NCBI RefSeq assembly: GCF_006345805.1
Contig: NC_043006.1
Coordinates: 71,548,001-71,612,000 of the forward strand
DNA from: Octopus sinensis
Taxonomy: Eukaryota
Reading direction: 5' to 3'
DNA length: 64,000 bases
The translations under genes were made by a program, and so were the position numbers. A model generated the notes under the pieces. That model saw nothing but the letters and a program-made list of their open reading frames with translations, did no database searches and was not told the DNA's origin. Of this stretch, positions 27,079 through 42,004 are shown piece after piece. Within the stretch, counting starts at the first letter, position 1. Each line of letters begins with the position of its first letter.

Positions 27079-27911
27079 TGCTATGATGTTAAAATGTCAT
27101 ATGTCTAAATTTGGCCAAATGCATTTATTTCAAAGTTTATTTTTGCTTGCTATAGCCAGTTCTTTTGGTTAAACTACCATATCTCCAGCTGCTTCAGATG
27201 CCAAGATATCAAAAATTGTCAAAATATAGCCCAACTGTTTTGCTATGGAGTGGTGAAACTATTTTTTCATTTTCCAAAAACGCAACGTTTTTGGACTTAT
27301 GATACTTTTGTATAAAAGCGCATATATATACACACATATATATAGATAAAGGTATGACAGTGGTAAGAAGTTTGCTTCCATGGTTCTGAGTTTAGTCCCA
27401 TTATGTGGCAACCTGGGCCAACCAAAGCCTTGTGAGTAGATTTGGTAGACAGAAACTGAAAGAAGCCTTTCACATATACATGATGTGTGTGTGCAAGTTT
27501 GTCACTCGCCACCACTTGATAATCAGTGTTGGTTTGTTTACATCCTGTAACTTAGCAAAACAGACTGACAGAATAAGTACCATGTGTTAAAAATAAGTTC
27601 TGTTGATTCGTTTCACTAAAACTCTTCAAGGCGGTGTACCAGCTTAGTCACAGTCTAATGAATGAAACAAGAAAAAGGTTATATATATATATATATATAT
27701 ATATATAAGCACAGGTATGGCTGTGTGGTAAGAAGCTTGCTTCCCAACCACATGGTTTCATGTTCAGTCCCACTGCATGCCACCTTGGGCAAGTTTCTTC
27801 TACTATAGCCTTGGGCTGACCAAAGCTTTGTGGGTGGATTTAATAGATGGAAAGAAGCCCATCGTATATATGCTAGCATGGAAAACGGATGCTAAACGAT
27901 GATGATGATAT

Positions 27912-27948
<37 letters not shown>

Positions 27949-29215
27949 TGCATATATTTGTGTTTGTGTGTCTGTGTTTGTCTCCCCATCATTACCTGAC
28001 AACTGATGTTGGTGTGTTTACATCCTCATAACATAGTGGTTCAGCAAAAGAGACTGATAGAATAAGTACTAAGCTTACAAAGAATAAATCCTGGGGTTGA
28101 TTTGTTCAACTAAAGGTGGTGCCTCAGCATGGCTGCAGTCAAATGATTGAAACAAGTAAAAGCATACAAGAATATATATATAAACAATATGAGAGATCAC
28201 TATATGGATCCCATGTATGCTAAAAATAGCCATCAAACTTTCTTTCCATACATACACACACACAAGAAAAAAGTAGATTGATAGATAGATGATTCTTAAC
28301 AGTTATTATGCTTTATACTGATAGTAGGAGAAAGAAGGTTGAAAATTCAAAGTTGCAATAGTGGTATTCATGCCTTTCCCAAGGACACTAGAAGCACCAA
28401 GTAAAAAACATTCTCTGGCCAGCTGAAAGACAACACACACACAGAGCAGCAATAGTCAACAGTCAGAGAGAGAGATAGTTGTAACAATACACCAGTTAGC
28501 TCTGTCTGTCACTTAGAAATACACTAAAATATCCTATCTTGTATAACTATTCTTATTCTGCTTCGGAAAACACAAACTTTTCAGACAAAGATGGATTTAC
28601 AATAGTGAAGCTAACCTTTTTACCTTTTTTTTCTCTTTTGTTTGTTTAGTATTACAATTTAATTATCATTATTATTAATATTATTATCATTCTGCCTTTT
28701 ATTTGCAATTGCTCTTTCCGTATTGTCTATCTCCTTCACACAATTATCAAGTAGGAGGTATTCCTTTACACTGTTAACAAAAACAGCTTTGTGCAAAGAC
28801 TTCGTTAGATTAAACCCCACCGCTACCACCACTATTCCTACTTTTCATGATAATGAACCTCACACAATAGCAATTACATAGTGAATGATCTGAGAAGACA
28901 GGTGTGTGTGTATGTGCAGAGCAGATAGTTCTTTATTGAAGGAGGAGGAAGGAGAATAAAAGAATGAAGGGTGCCATTCAACCATTTAGAAACCAGAGAA
29001 CCAGAACAAATACCATCTGACAACAACCTTCACAGCCACCACCACTACCACACCAACAACCAATGTGTGTGTGTATCTGTGCACGTGTGTGTGCATTAAA
29101 ACGTTCAGGATTATAGGTTTAAATGCAAGATTAAATAGATAAAGTTAATAGGAGTGGCCTTGTAAAGAAGAAAATACTGTACTCTCAAAAACACATTTTT
29201 TTTATTATTTCTCAC

Positions 29216-29303
29216 TTGGGACAAAGGGTAGTTCCCATCGCCTTTCTTAGAGTCTCCAAGATTTGTGGGAAGGAGGTGGGTATTCTCAAACTGGCTTAAA
29301 TAC
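29216..29303 (-). CDS. Candidate orphan exon (YLSQFENTHLLPTNLGDSKKGDGNYPLSQ)
   Basis: Acceptor ctccactctgttgcag and donor caa|gtgaga; one open frame in unique sequence. No homology recognised. Confidence 0.25.
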
Positions 29304-30849
29304 CTGCAACAGAGTGGAGTCCCTTGCTAAAGGTACTCGAGGGGCAACGTGATGTTAAACCAGGCACTGTAAGTCTACCATCAAAGTAGGCAACAGTAAC
29401 ATCATATATATGCATACACACATATACATCATCATAGATCTATAGATATGTATACACAGCACATCATATATATGTATGCACACATATCTATCATCATCAT
29501 TATTTAATGCCCATTTTCCATGCTGGCATAGATTGGATGATTTCAACAGGAGCAAGCAAGACCAGGGTTCACACCAGGCTCCATTGTGTTTTCTAGTATG
29601 GTTTCTATGGTCGAATGCCATTGTGTGTGTATGCATACAAACACACACACACACACACACACACATAAATGTCAACATTACAACTGGTTGCTGTACACTT
29701 TTGAAGATCAGTGCAAATGCCTTTTACTTTAGACCCAAACTGACCAAAGCCTAAAGAGCAGATCCAGTAGACAGAAGCTGTAAAAACTATGCTAAAACAG
29801 ACAGTGAAACCTGGTGCAGTCTTCTGGCTGGTCAGCCCCTGTTAAACCATCCAATCTATGCCAGCATAAAAAGCAGACATTATATAATAAGGATGATAAT
29901 GTGTGTGCGTTACTGTTTCCTTGCCTTGACAGCATGTGATAGTTGTAAACAAATGCTGGCCAGCCATGCAGTGATGGCCTTCATTTCTAATATTCTGTGA
30001 AAAAAATGTCTGGATGCGGGGAAATATTACCTTGTTTGGAAACAGGTGAGAGTTGGTAACAAGAAGGGCATCTGGCTGTAGAAAATCTGCCTCAACAAAA
30101 TTCTGTCTAAGCTATACAAGTATGGAAAAGTGAAGTGGTTGGCATTAGGAAGGGCATCCAGCTGTAGAAACTCTGCCAGATCAGATTGGAGCAGCCATCT
30201 GGTTCGCCAGTCCTCAGTCAAATCATCCAACCCATGCTAGCATGGAAAGCGGACGTTAAACGATGATGATTTTCATCATCATCATCATTTAATGTCCATT
30301 GTCCATGCTGGCATGGGTTGGACGGTTTGACTGGGCTGACACACTGGAAGGCTGCACCAGACTCCAGTCTGATTTGGCATGGTTTTCTACAGCTTGATGC
30401 CCTTCTTAACACCAAACACTCCGAGAGTATAATGGGTGCTTTTATATGCCACCAGTACAGGTGCCATTTGTGTGACGCCAGGGTGCTTTTATGTACCACC
30501 GGCACAGGTGCCAATTTGCAAGACTGCAATTTTGCTCGGCATGATGGGTCGTCTTCTCTAGCACAACATAATGCCAGAGGTCTTGGTCGTTGCCTCCATG
30601 AGGCCCAACACTTGAAAGGGACTACATAAATTAATATCAAACCATATTAGTATGGTTGAATGCCATTGTGTGTGTGTGCACACACACACACACATAAATG
30701 TTAACATTACAACTGGTTGCTGTACACTTTTGAAGATCAGTGCATGGCACCAACAGATGGCAGCACATGGTTGCATATGCAGCAACCTTCATGAGGCAGT
30801 GAGCCAAGTGACATTGCTATTTCAAGTTGTGAAATTTGTGTTTTTGTGA

Positions 30850-31595
30850 TCATGTGTATGTTGTAGTCTGCAATTTTTTCATAGACAGGAACAAAGAGCC
30901 AATGTGAAATTTTGCATTAAACTTGGAGAAGTCTGCTACAGAGATATTGGGCATGCTTCAGTAAGCTTACAGCAATGAGGCAATGGGTTGTGTGCAATGT
31001 TTTGAGTGGCACAGGCACTTCAAAAGCAGAAGAATGCCCCGAAAAATGAGAACGATCTGGAAGACCTGCCACGAATGTAACTCCTGGAAATGTGGTATTG
31101 TGCATTGAGAATTCAACCCCCAGGACCAGAACATCAATCAAGAGTTCTGCTGTGATGTTTTGAAGTATTTGAAGGAGGATATTCGGTGAAAGCAACCAGA
31201 TTTGTGGAGCACAAAGAATTGGATTCTTCACAACAACAAAGCACCCTCTCACCAAGCTCTCGTCACTTGTGAATTTCTTGCCAAAAACAACATGGTATTG
31301 CTTCCACACCCTCCCTATTCACCAGATTTAGCACCTGTGGACTTCCATCTCTTCCCCAAGATAAAAATGCAGCTCAAAGGTTGCCGTTTTAACACAGTTG
31401 TCAAAATCCAGAGCAAATCATAGAAGGTCTCAACTTGCTTACAGAAAACAACTTCCAGGTTGGATTCCAGAAAGGGCAGGAATGCTGGGACTGGTGTGTT
31501 GTTGCGCAAATGAAGGAGATAATGTCAAAACTTAGGTAAATAAGTTATTTTTTATTAAACTTAACTAGTCTGACAACCTTTTGATACCATCTTAT
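30850..31595 (+). mobile_element. Mariner (DD34D) transposon, internally deleted and decayed
   Basis: EQRANVKFCIKLG N-terminal motif, then LHNNKAPSH and HPPYSPDLAPVDFHLFPKIK catalytic-domain motifs, with stops and frameshifts. Confidence 0.9.
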
Positions 31596-31628
31596 GTGTG
31601 AGTGTGTATATATATATATATATATTTG

Positions 31629-31678
<50 letters not shown>

Positions 31679-34600
31679 ATCTATCTATCGTAGACCGCCA
31701 AGTATGAGGGTTTAGCAGAGGGATTGTTGTAAAGCCACCAGGACCAGTGAAGTAAGTGTGTCAGTCTAGTCTATGAATGAGTGAGATAAGGAGGGGAGAG
31801 AGGCAATGAGTGAGTAGACACTCCTAGATGAGGTCAAACTATTATGAGAGAAACAAAGTCAGACAACTATCAAGATATCTCTATCAACAGGAAACACACA
31901 ACAACGCACACACACACACATACATACAAATGCAACAGTAGCAAGCCTGAGGTTGGGGAAGGAGACAAGTTAGGTAGAACACTTCCATTGAGGATTGGTT
32001 TATAGATATATGCTTTGTGTGTGAGTGCATGTGTATGTGTGAATCTGTAAATGTGCATGTGTCTGTCAGAGGAGTCTGACAAACAAAGACCAAATAGTAC
32101 ATCAAAACATCTAGTTTAGTGCTCTACTTATTTTGCCAAACATTTGTTCACCATATTTTACATACAGCTTATGCCTCAAGAACACTACCTTTATCAGCTG
32201 CCGACAGGAGAGCAAAATAATTTTGGCACTTCCCAACAATATCAATTCCTGCAGTAGCACCAACCACTGAGACTACTACCAGGAATGGCCAGGTTCTCTT
32301 GGCCCACACTTCAGTACCTTTTCCCCTCCTGTTGCCTATACAGCCAACACACAACTCCACATGAGGGACAAGTGAAACCATTCCAACTATTTTTGCTTTA
32401 CTAATCACTGAGGTTTTACCATTTGCTCTCAATTTTGGTCTTTCTTTCAGATACCTCAGCCATATTCATGAGGAAGCATTTTCTCTGTCCATTTTGTGAA
32501 TCATCTGCTCTGCTATCCTTCCTTAACCTCATGTCAAGTAGGATATTATAAAATCTAGCTACAAACCCATAAAATTTTTCTATTCAAAGTATTGTACACT
32601 AACATCCTTGTAATTTGCACAATAATTTCAGTCCTTCATATTTTATCCATGGACCCCTTTAATTACTATTTTATTCTGATGGACCCACCCCATAGCCATT
32701 TGAGGTTTATAAACTAGTTTTATATAACCTTTCAAAATTCCTATTTTGTTTTTCATACATGAATAGTTGAACTGTGTAAAATATTAGCGAAATGAACCTA
32801 GCTGTTCCTTGCAATACATACCAATACATACATTTTTCAAGGGCCTTTAAAATATTGTGGACCCTCCAAAATCTTATATGGACCCTCAGTGGCCATATGG
32901 ACCCTGGTTAAGAACCATTGTTTAAGCCCTTCCTGTTATGTGCCACCCACTTCATATTACATTTTTGAGACATTGACAACTCAACAACCAGAAGGTCAGG
33001 ATATTTCTCCATCATTACAATATGGCTTGAGAACACAATAAGTAAACAAAGGCTTCAGTGATCAAAAGTCAATGAGCTATGGAAATGAAAGTGAATCAGT
33101 GCAGAACTTTCATATAAAGGACCTTATAAAGACTCATCCAATAATCAAGGCTATCATACATTTGGGGCCTTGAAAAGTGGGGGGAAAAACAGCCTTAGTG
33201 ATGCAACTAGATTCTTCTGTAACTGCAAAGGAATCAATTAAACAGATGCTGAAATGCTGTATCAGAGAAAAACTGCAGAAGAATGGTTGAGAGGTGGTAA
33301 GTGAAAGACAGGATTTAGTCTCCCACAGAAATACAGGAATTTGGTGGGGGTGGGGAATAGAAGATTTATTTTTAGCTTATTGTGGCATATGGCAGCTATC
33401 TAGGATTTCAGCAGTGGTTGGCTGGTAGGTAGGTAGGAAAGATAGCCCTAGACATCTCAGACTCTGCAGTCACATGGAATGTGGGAGTTAATAAATCTTG
33501 TAGTGATGAGCAACTGAACTAAAACAAAAAAGGGAACTTGAAGATGATCACTAGACCTTTTAGAAATAGCAGCTGAATCTCCTTCATACTCAGCTGGCTT
33601 AAAAAAATAAAGGACATATTGGTTAATATGGTCCTAGATAAACAGTATCTAAAAAATTTTTTTTATGGAATAGTTACAGCTGGAATACTTTTGAGATCAG
33701 CTTGATTAGAGATGACTTGGGACTAAACAACATTATCAGATATTATCAGATGAAGTGCAACCCTAATTTTGACAACCACAAAAATTTTGAATTCAAATCC
33801 ACAGCATCGCTGTGAGATAGTTTATCAGTACACCTAAATCCACCTGCTTCAGCCCACACCTAGCTATTGAGAATAAAGAATGTTAACAGGGCTAAACAGG
33901 TGTCCTATCCAGTAAGATAATTGACCCTACAATCACACCATACCATGAAATCAGAGATTGGTAGTGGTTACTAATAAGCCCATTGGGACTTTAGAGACAA
34001 TTATATGTCTGTGTGGTAAGAAGCTTGCTTCCCAACCACATGGCTCTGGGTTCAGTTCCACTGCTAATCAAAGCCTTATGAGTGGATTTGGTAGACAGAA
34101 ACTGAAAGAAGCCCATCGAGTGCACGTGTGTGTGTGTGTCCCACCACTTGACAACCAGTGTTGGTGTGTTTACCTCCTCATGACTTACAGGTCTGGCAAA
34201 AGGGACTTCTAGAATAAATACCAGGCTTAACAAAAAATAAGTACTGGAGTCAATTCATTCGCAGCAGTGCCCCAGCATGGCAATGGTCTAATGGGTGAAA
34301 CAAGTGAAAGATGAAAGCTCTGCAAACAGAATACTAAAAAAATAAAATACACATGTACATCATTCATTGTCATTTTACATCTACTTTCCACACTGGCATA
34401 GGTCAGACAGCTCATCACAAATCAAGCTAATTCCTATTCAAAGTTATTGCCCTCCTAATTGGTTTTGAGGATTACAGCTTGCTTGTACATTGTTTTTGGT
34501 TTGCTTTCTGTGGCTGGATAGTTTTCCCATCACTGAGAGAGTGTGTGTGTGTGTGTGTGTGAGTGAGAGAGAGAGAGAGACTTTTACAAGAAGTAACAGA

Positions 34601-37600
34601 GACTTTGAAGCTTTGGCCTGCTAACCATCCTCAGACAGTCCAACAAAAGCAAGCAGGTCAAAAATTTGAAGTCACTGTCTCTCCCTCTTGTAAAAGTTTA
34701 ATAAACATGTATGTACTTTACTAAAAAGTATTGATATTAAATGCAAAATTGTTTTTATACATAATGTGACATAAAAAACTGAACTGTGGCAATACTGGGA
34801 CAATACATTCAATGAACATTAGTCAGCTATATTGATCCCAGTATGCATCTGGTGCATATTTTATCGATCCTGTGACAAATGAAAGACACATCAATGAAGA
34901 TGTCAATAGAGTTAATTAGGACTGAACTAAATTAGCATTCATCCAGTTCTGATCCTACACACACAGATTTATGCATACAACTAAATCACTAAATTTCGTT
35001 CATAAATCTTCGGCCACCATGAAACTATAACAAAACACTCTTGCCCATGGTGCCACACAGAGGGACCAAACCTGGAACCATGTGGTTCAGAAGTGATGTT
35101 TTTAACAGCAAAGAAAATGTGGAGGGGACAGGCGGAGGAGGAGATTGGGAGGGTTGGCTTGAGGAGGGAGGATGCCCAAAATCGGGTGAGATGGCAAGAT
35201 GGTGTGAGAGCATTTGCTGTAAGAGTGAGGTAGATCAAACCAGCCCTGTTCACAAGGACAAACCCGGATTCAAAATATTGGACAAGGGAGACATGCATAT
35301 ATAAATGCATAACCTTTACAATCTATTTTTTCCATGTTTAAAAACGACATCTATATTGGTCCGAGGGAAATATGGCAGTCACTAATATTGCTTTGTACTA
35401 TAGGCACAAGGCCTGAAATTGTATATGGGGGTGGGCTGTAGCTGATTATATCAACCCAAGCGCTTAACTGTTACTTATGTTATTGACCCCAAAAGGATGA
35501 AAGGCAAAACTGACCTCAGCAGACTTTGAACTCAGAATGTGAAGCCAGAAGAAATGCCACTATGCATTTTGTTTGGTATGCTAACAGTTCTGCCAGTTTG
35601 AGGGAAATATGGCAGCTCCTAATATTGCTAATAGATCCAGCAAGAAAGCTACCAAGAGAATAGGGGTGATAGCAGTGTAGACAGGTGCACAAGATGACAG
35701 ATAGCACCAACTAAACTCATTAATGCCAGTTTCACACTGGAGCATATGATAGCTAAGTGCTAAAGAGAGAGAAGTTGATGTTCAGCCTGCTTTATCTTAA
35801 CAAAAGTACATACCACCATCTCTCAGAGATTCTCATCTCCTTCACTGTAGCAAGGAACTCTGACAGAGGCTATCAACTTTCAATGCACATTATTAACACA
35901 ATATAATTGGTCAGTAATTATCTGGATATGAGCACTGCCACATAGGGGAATTAACAAAGATGACAGAAACCAACAAGAGAGATCTTATTGAAATGGTAGG
36001 AAAATCCTCCTCAAATTACATCCTACTGTCTTTTGTATAGAATGGGAAAAAAGAACACATTCAATAATGTAGTCCTAGATACATTATGTCTGAATAAAAG
36101 ATAGGATGGTTTCAGAATCTCTTTGATCATAGGTCAGCTTTATCAAGACTGATCAGCAAAGCTAATCTATGATCAAAGACTGCAATTAAACAACAACAAT
36201 AAAGACAAGTATTTATAATTGGCTAAAAAAATTTTTTAAGACAAAAATGAATTTTTAAAAAAACGAGATGTTAATAGTGAACCTGGATAAGCAGAATGTA
36301 ATGTGAAACTTTAATATCACCTAATGTGTTTATGAATTGATAAATATCATAGAGGAACCTGATCTGGGGTAGGGCAAAACACATATCCAATATCACTGAA
36401 ATATTTTTACATCACCATTTCAGATAGATAAATAAGGGAGTGGGGGAAACATTATCCTTAAATATATAGTACATCTAGCCATCTCTTGCAAATGTGTATG
36501 GCTTGGTATGTATCAAGCTTACACAAATTTTGTTTTTTGTTGTTACTTCTGTAGTCATGAGCATAGGCAACCTTTCAACCCCTTAGCCTCAAGCCAGCAG
36601 AACATCCCAATATATGACAAATGGAGGGAGAGAGAGCTGCGCCAATAATCAGCTGGTACTCATTACAGCTGAATAGATGGAGTGATGTGAAATGAAGTAT
36701 GTTGCTCAAGGACATAATGCACTGCCAGTCCTAGGAACTGAAGTCATGACCATATGGCTACAAGCCAAACATATTAACAGGTCACATGCCTTAGCATCAT
36801 TATCATTTAATGTACACTCTTCCATGCCTGCATGAGTCAGACGGAATTTTTTGAGACAGATTTTCTATGGCTGAATGCCCTTCCTGCTGCCAACTCTCAC
36901 CCATTTCCAAGCAAAGTAATATTTTACATGGCCAAACATGTTCTTCATGGAAAATAGGAAACAAACAGCACTGCTTGTATGATGACAATATTTGTTTACA
37001 ACCATTACAACCATGATACCAAAACAAGCATATACAAACACACATGTGCACACACAACAGGCCTCTTTCAGTTTTTATCTACAAAATCTACAACAAGGCT
37101 TCAGTCAACCTGCGGCCAAAACAAAAGACACTTGACCAAGATGCTGCAGAGTGGGACAGAACCTGTGATAGCATGGTTAGGAAGCAAGTATGCCAATCAC
37201 ACATGCACCTTCATGAATAAATATTATTTATTTCTTACATAGGCACAAGGCCAGAAATTTGATGAGATGGGACAGTTGATCATATTGACCCCCATAGTTA
37301 ACTAGTATTATATTTCATCAACTCTGAAAAGGCAAAAAATAAAGTTGACCGTGGTGGTATTCCAACTCAAAGTTCAAAACCCAGAACAAGTACCAAAGGC
37401 CAAAGGATTCTATCAATCCACTACCTTAAATAATTTATTGACAATAAAATAGCAATAAACCTTTCTACTACAAGCACAAGGCTTGAAATTTTGAGGGAGG
37501 GAGCTAGTCGATTACATCAACCACAGTGCTCAACTGGTAGTTATTTCATCGAGCCTCAAAAGCTGAAAAGCAGAGTCAATCTCAGCAGGGTTTGGACTGA

Positions 37601-39223
37601 GAATGTAAAGCAGGAAGAAATGCCACTAAACATTTTTGCTGGAATGCTAACAATTCTGCTAGCTTGCCCCCTTAATAATCTTTTCTACTAAAGGCACAAA
37701 GCCTCAAATTTGGGGGAGCGGAGTAGTCGATTACATCAACCCCAGTGTTTCACTGGTACTTAATTTATCAACAATGAAAGGATGAAAGGCAAAGTCAACC
37801 TCAGTGAAATCTTAACTGAGAATGTAGCAACAGGTGAAATGCTAAGCATTTCGTCCAGTGTGCTAACAATTCTACCAGCTCGTCACCTTGCTCCCTTAAT
37901 AATAATAATAAATGCCCTGATGCAGTACCAAGCAGTGGCTTCTGATCTTAACTGATTGGAAGTGTTATCATGTACATTATTTTGTCTAGGTATAAAAAAA
38001 AAGCTACAGCAAATATTCTGCTCAAATCACAGATTTTCTTGTCAGTTGTTTGGCCTTAACCAGTTGAGCATGTCCCTTAGTGGCTGATGATATGTGCATC
38101 TCTAATCACAAGCAGAAGTAGTAGGGGAGCATCATAGCCATGTGTTGAGAGGAATTCTTTAGGGTTTGGATAATTTACTTTTGAAAGCAGGGGTATTTTG
38201 TTCAACAACCTTAATCCTTATTCAGGGACCTTTTGAGCAGAATGGGCTACTCGACCCAAAGAAAGTTCTCACTGGGCCCCACCTGCAAGGTCATGTGCTG
38301 TTTATCTTGATATGAAATCACCATGTCGTACACATATAGTTGTAATGCATGTGCCTAGTGTACCCTTATCAGACGGGTAGTCATGATGGGTATACTGGGC
38401 TTCGTATATTTTACCCCAGTGTCACTTTGATGGTATGCACTGCTCTCTCACTCAATAATAATAATAAAGGATTCAAATTTCACAAAGCAAGCAATTTCGG
38501 GGGGGGGGGCTAGCCAATTACATTGACCCCAGTGCTCAACTGACACTTATTTCATCGACCCCAAAAGGAATGAAGAGCAAAGTCGACCTTGGGGGAGTTT
38601 GAACTCAGTGCATAAAGCCAGAAGAAATGCCGCTAATCATTTTGTCCAGTATGCAAACGATTCTGCCAGCTTTCACCTTTCACAATAATAATTTGTATTG
38701 AAATTGCAATTGTGTAAGCATACAAACTGATACGGGTGGGTATGTATATGTACCTTTCTAACCAGCATATATCCCGCAGTGTGCATAATTTAAGTCATAT
38801 ACGTGTGTGTGTGTGAGTTCAGTTCCACTGCACGGCATTTTGGGCCAATGTCTATTGATATAACCTCGGGCCAATTAAAGTCTTGTAAAGGGATTTGGTT
38901 AGACAGAAACGGAAAGTAGCCTGTCGTATATATTATATAAATGTTTTTTTGTACCTATGTGTGCAGTCTGTGTCTCTCCCACTACCACTTGACAACCGGT
39001 GTTGGTTTGTTTAAGTCCCCGTAACTTAATAGTTCGGCAAAACTGACCGATAGGAAAAGTCCGAGGTTAAAAGAAAAGTACTGGGATCGATTCGTTCGAC
39101 TGAACCCTTCAAGGCGATGCCCAAGCATGGCCGCAGACCAATGACTAACAAGTAACACACACACATATATATAAGAGGGAAAAGTGCAACAAAAAGTAAG
39201 GCAGGACGAGTAAATAATTTAGA

Positions 39224-39268
<45 letters not shown>

Positions 39269-39326
39269 CAGACAGACATATCCGCCAGTCTCTCTCTCTC
39301 TACGTTAGAATCTACCAGTCTCTTAC

Positions 39327-39362
39327 TGCTGTCAGTATGCAGGAGTAAAAGGTGAAAGCCAT
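39327..39362 (-). CDS. Candidate alternative first coding exon (MAFTFYSCILTA)
   Basis: ATG in good context (gcaATGg), 12 codons, phase-0 donor gca|gtaaga; unique CpG-retaining upstream sequence. Confidence 0.25.
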
Positions 39363-41916
39363 TGCAAGACAGCATTTGTCACACTGACACACAGCAACTG
39401 GTCAATGTAGCAGCTAGCTGCTGCTACCAGTGACACATGCAAGCAGAGACACCACTGTTGACTTAATTGTCTATTTCCGTCTGTATAGACTTTAGCTAAC
39501 TGCCGACACTAACAGACACACACACACACACACACAAACAGATCTGTATAGACTATAGGCTAACTTATTGCCGAGTTCACGCTCGGTTTTCCACAATATG
39601 TGTAGAATACAGTAAGCTGTTAAACTTCGATCAACTGATATTATTCATGCATTTGATAGTTAAAAACTCCGTCTAAGTACGTTTAAAATCTAAAAACAAT
39701 GTGGTCGAAATATTTTGAGAATATATGACAATAAAAATTACTTTGAATTGCTGTAAATTACGATGGCCGAACCGATGTCCCTTATTTAAAATCATTATTG
39801 CTATAACAATATGGTATTTATTTGTTTGAATTTTAATTATGAGAGCATTATATTGTTAATGTCATCCTTTGGTCGAGTACTAAGGTCGATTAAGAGATTT
39901 ATTTTTTAAAAATTGCTGGCCTTCTGCCAAAAATTAAAGCCACTATTATTATTATTGTTGATATCATTCATGTTCGAAACTGAAAGGAAATCTCTAGGTT
40001 GCAAGAATAAGAAAAAAATATATTGAGTCATTCCTGCTGTTCTATCTCGCGATGAAGCCTCGAAGTGGTTGCTCGAGCTGCGAGAAATCGTTCCCATATT
40101 TCCCCTCTAATTACATCCTTCCATCGTAAACAACAATGACAATACAAAACTGGGCAACCACGACAACAAGACAAAAACACAAATGTCTCGAAGCATGTAG
40201 ATGATGAACAAAACAATTCTGAACTATAAAACAAGGAGGATTCCATTATGACAAATAAGCTGGTCACAGCACAGCGTCAAGGGAAAATATCTTCGACAGT
40301 TGCCAAACTAAACACCAGGTTGTCCTTTGAGAAAGTGAAACTACCACGTTAACGATTGCTACGTAAACACACACACACACGTGTGTGTGTGTGTATGTGT
40401 GATGTCAACAACTGCAACATAGCGGGTGGCAAAACGTATAACTGTCAACAGCGGCTGAAAAGATAATCACTTGATGTCTCACGAAGTAACTAGCCGCAAA
40501 TACTCCATATTTTCTTTGTGGATATATTTGCGGTCCATTTTTCCTGTCTGTTCAATATATATAGACAAAGTCATAGCACTAACTACCTACATATAGCCAT
40601 TTATTAAATATATTTGTACAAAATAAACACATATGTAAACTTATATATCTAGATATACATACTCCAAACATTCAATCACATATGAGCCAACGAGGAAGTC
40701 TTTACATGGTCGATCAACTTGCTACAAAAGAGCAGCCAAATCTTCGTCAAATCACCGCCTCCTCCCTCTTAGATAAAAAGACGGGATTGTCACGGTTGGT
40801 CAGCTCGATGAGATCTGACCTGGGGCCAAACAAGAACTCAGTCACAAACATAGTACACATGAAAGAGGAAAGAGGATGCGGAACATATGAATATCGCGAT
40901 GAAAAAAAGAATGAGTTTGTGGGAAAGTGAGAGATAAGTGTGTGTGTGCGCGCGCGCGCGCGAGCATCTTTATGAAACTGAGAGCCTGTGTTTTTATTTA
41001 AGTTTATGGTCAGCCCTGAACGAACAGACCAAATTATCAATGATATCCCAGACATAACCACATAGCATTTGCCTTCGTTTTATTTTTATACAACGTAACC
41101 TTCTTTTTAAAGACCACTGGGAGATTTGATCGTTATTTCTAGCAGGTCGTTCGCCTATAATGAGGTTCCATCCTTGGCTATGAGAGAGCGAGATGAAGGA
41201 AGAGAGATGGGGAATGTGATGGTAGCACCAGCATGCAACTATATAACTGATGATACCGGCACATCTCTTGTGCAATGGGCAGATTTATGTTAAACACCTT
41301 TAAGCAACACACACTCACACAGGTTTCTTATAAACACATGTACGTATGCATATGTGTGAATGTTTTAATTCGTGATTTCTCACCAAATATCTTACAAAAC
41401 AAATACAAAAATATACACACACACGAAACGTTACAAAATTTGAAGTGCGGAAGATTTGGTGGTATATTTTTACAATTCACATCTGCTTTGTGAGATGAGT
41501 GTAATAGCAAAATGATTACTGGGGAAAGCACAAAGAATTAATGGGACAAAATGTAAAAGAATTCAATTTTTGGACAAGAAATTCTTTCACACAAGAAAGC
41601 AACCACTCAGTTCCTTGGCCTTTTCCTTTCCGAGAGTTAGTGACTGATAACTACCGAAAGCCAACCGATCTGAGATTACACAAGTCTCATGAGACGAATG
41701 TAATAGTAAGCTCACTGAAGTTCATAACTGATACTTATTTTACCGACGGCAGAAATATTAATAAACCGACTTGGACAGGAATTGAACATAGAACATAAAG
41801 GACTATAAATACACAGCGCCCCGACAATTCTACCAATCTACATTGTGTACATGGCAGGAAAAAGAACTGAAAACTACTGAATATAAGTCAGTCGCAATAT
41901 AGACACATGTATACAT

Positions 41917-42004
<88 letters not shown>

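Noticed and set aside
33160-33222. 63-nt minus-strand exon with good splice sites
   Set aside because: Two frames are open but neither is recognisable; such matches are expected by chance in an AT-rich intron.
40028-40100. LRRFIP exon 2 (ERFLAARATTSRLHREIEQQE)
   Set aside because: Only superficially similar to LAAKRAARAEAREIRM; it ends in a stop and lacks splice sites in the right phase.
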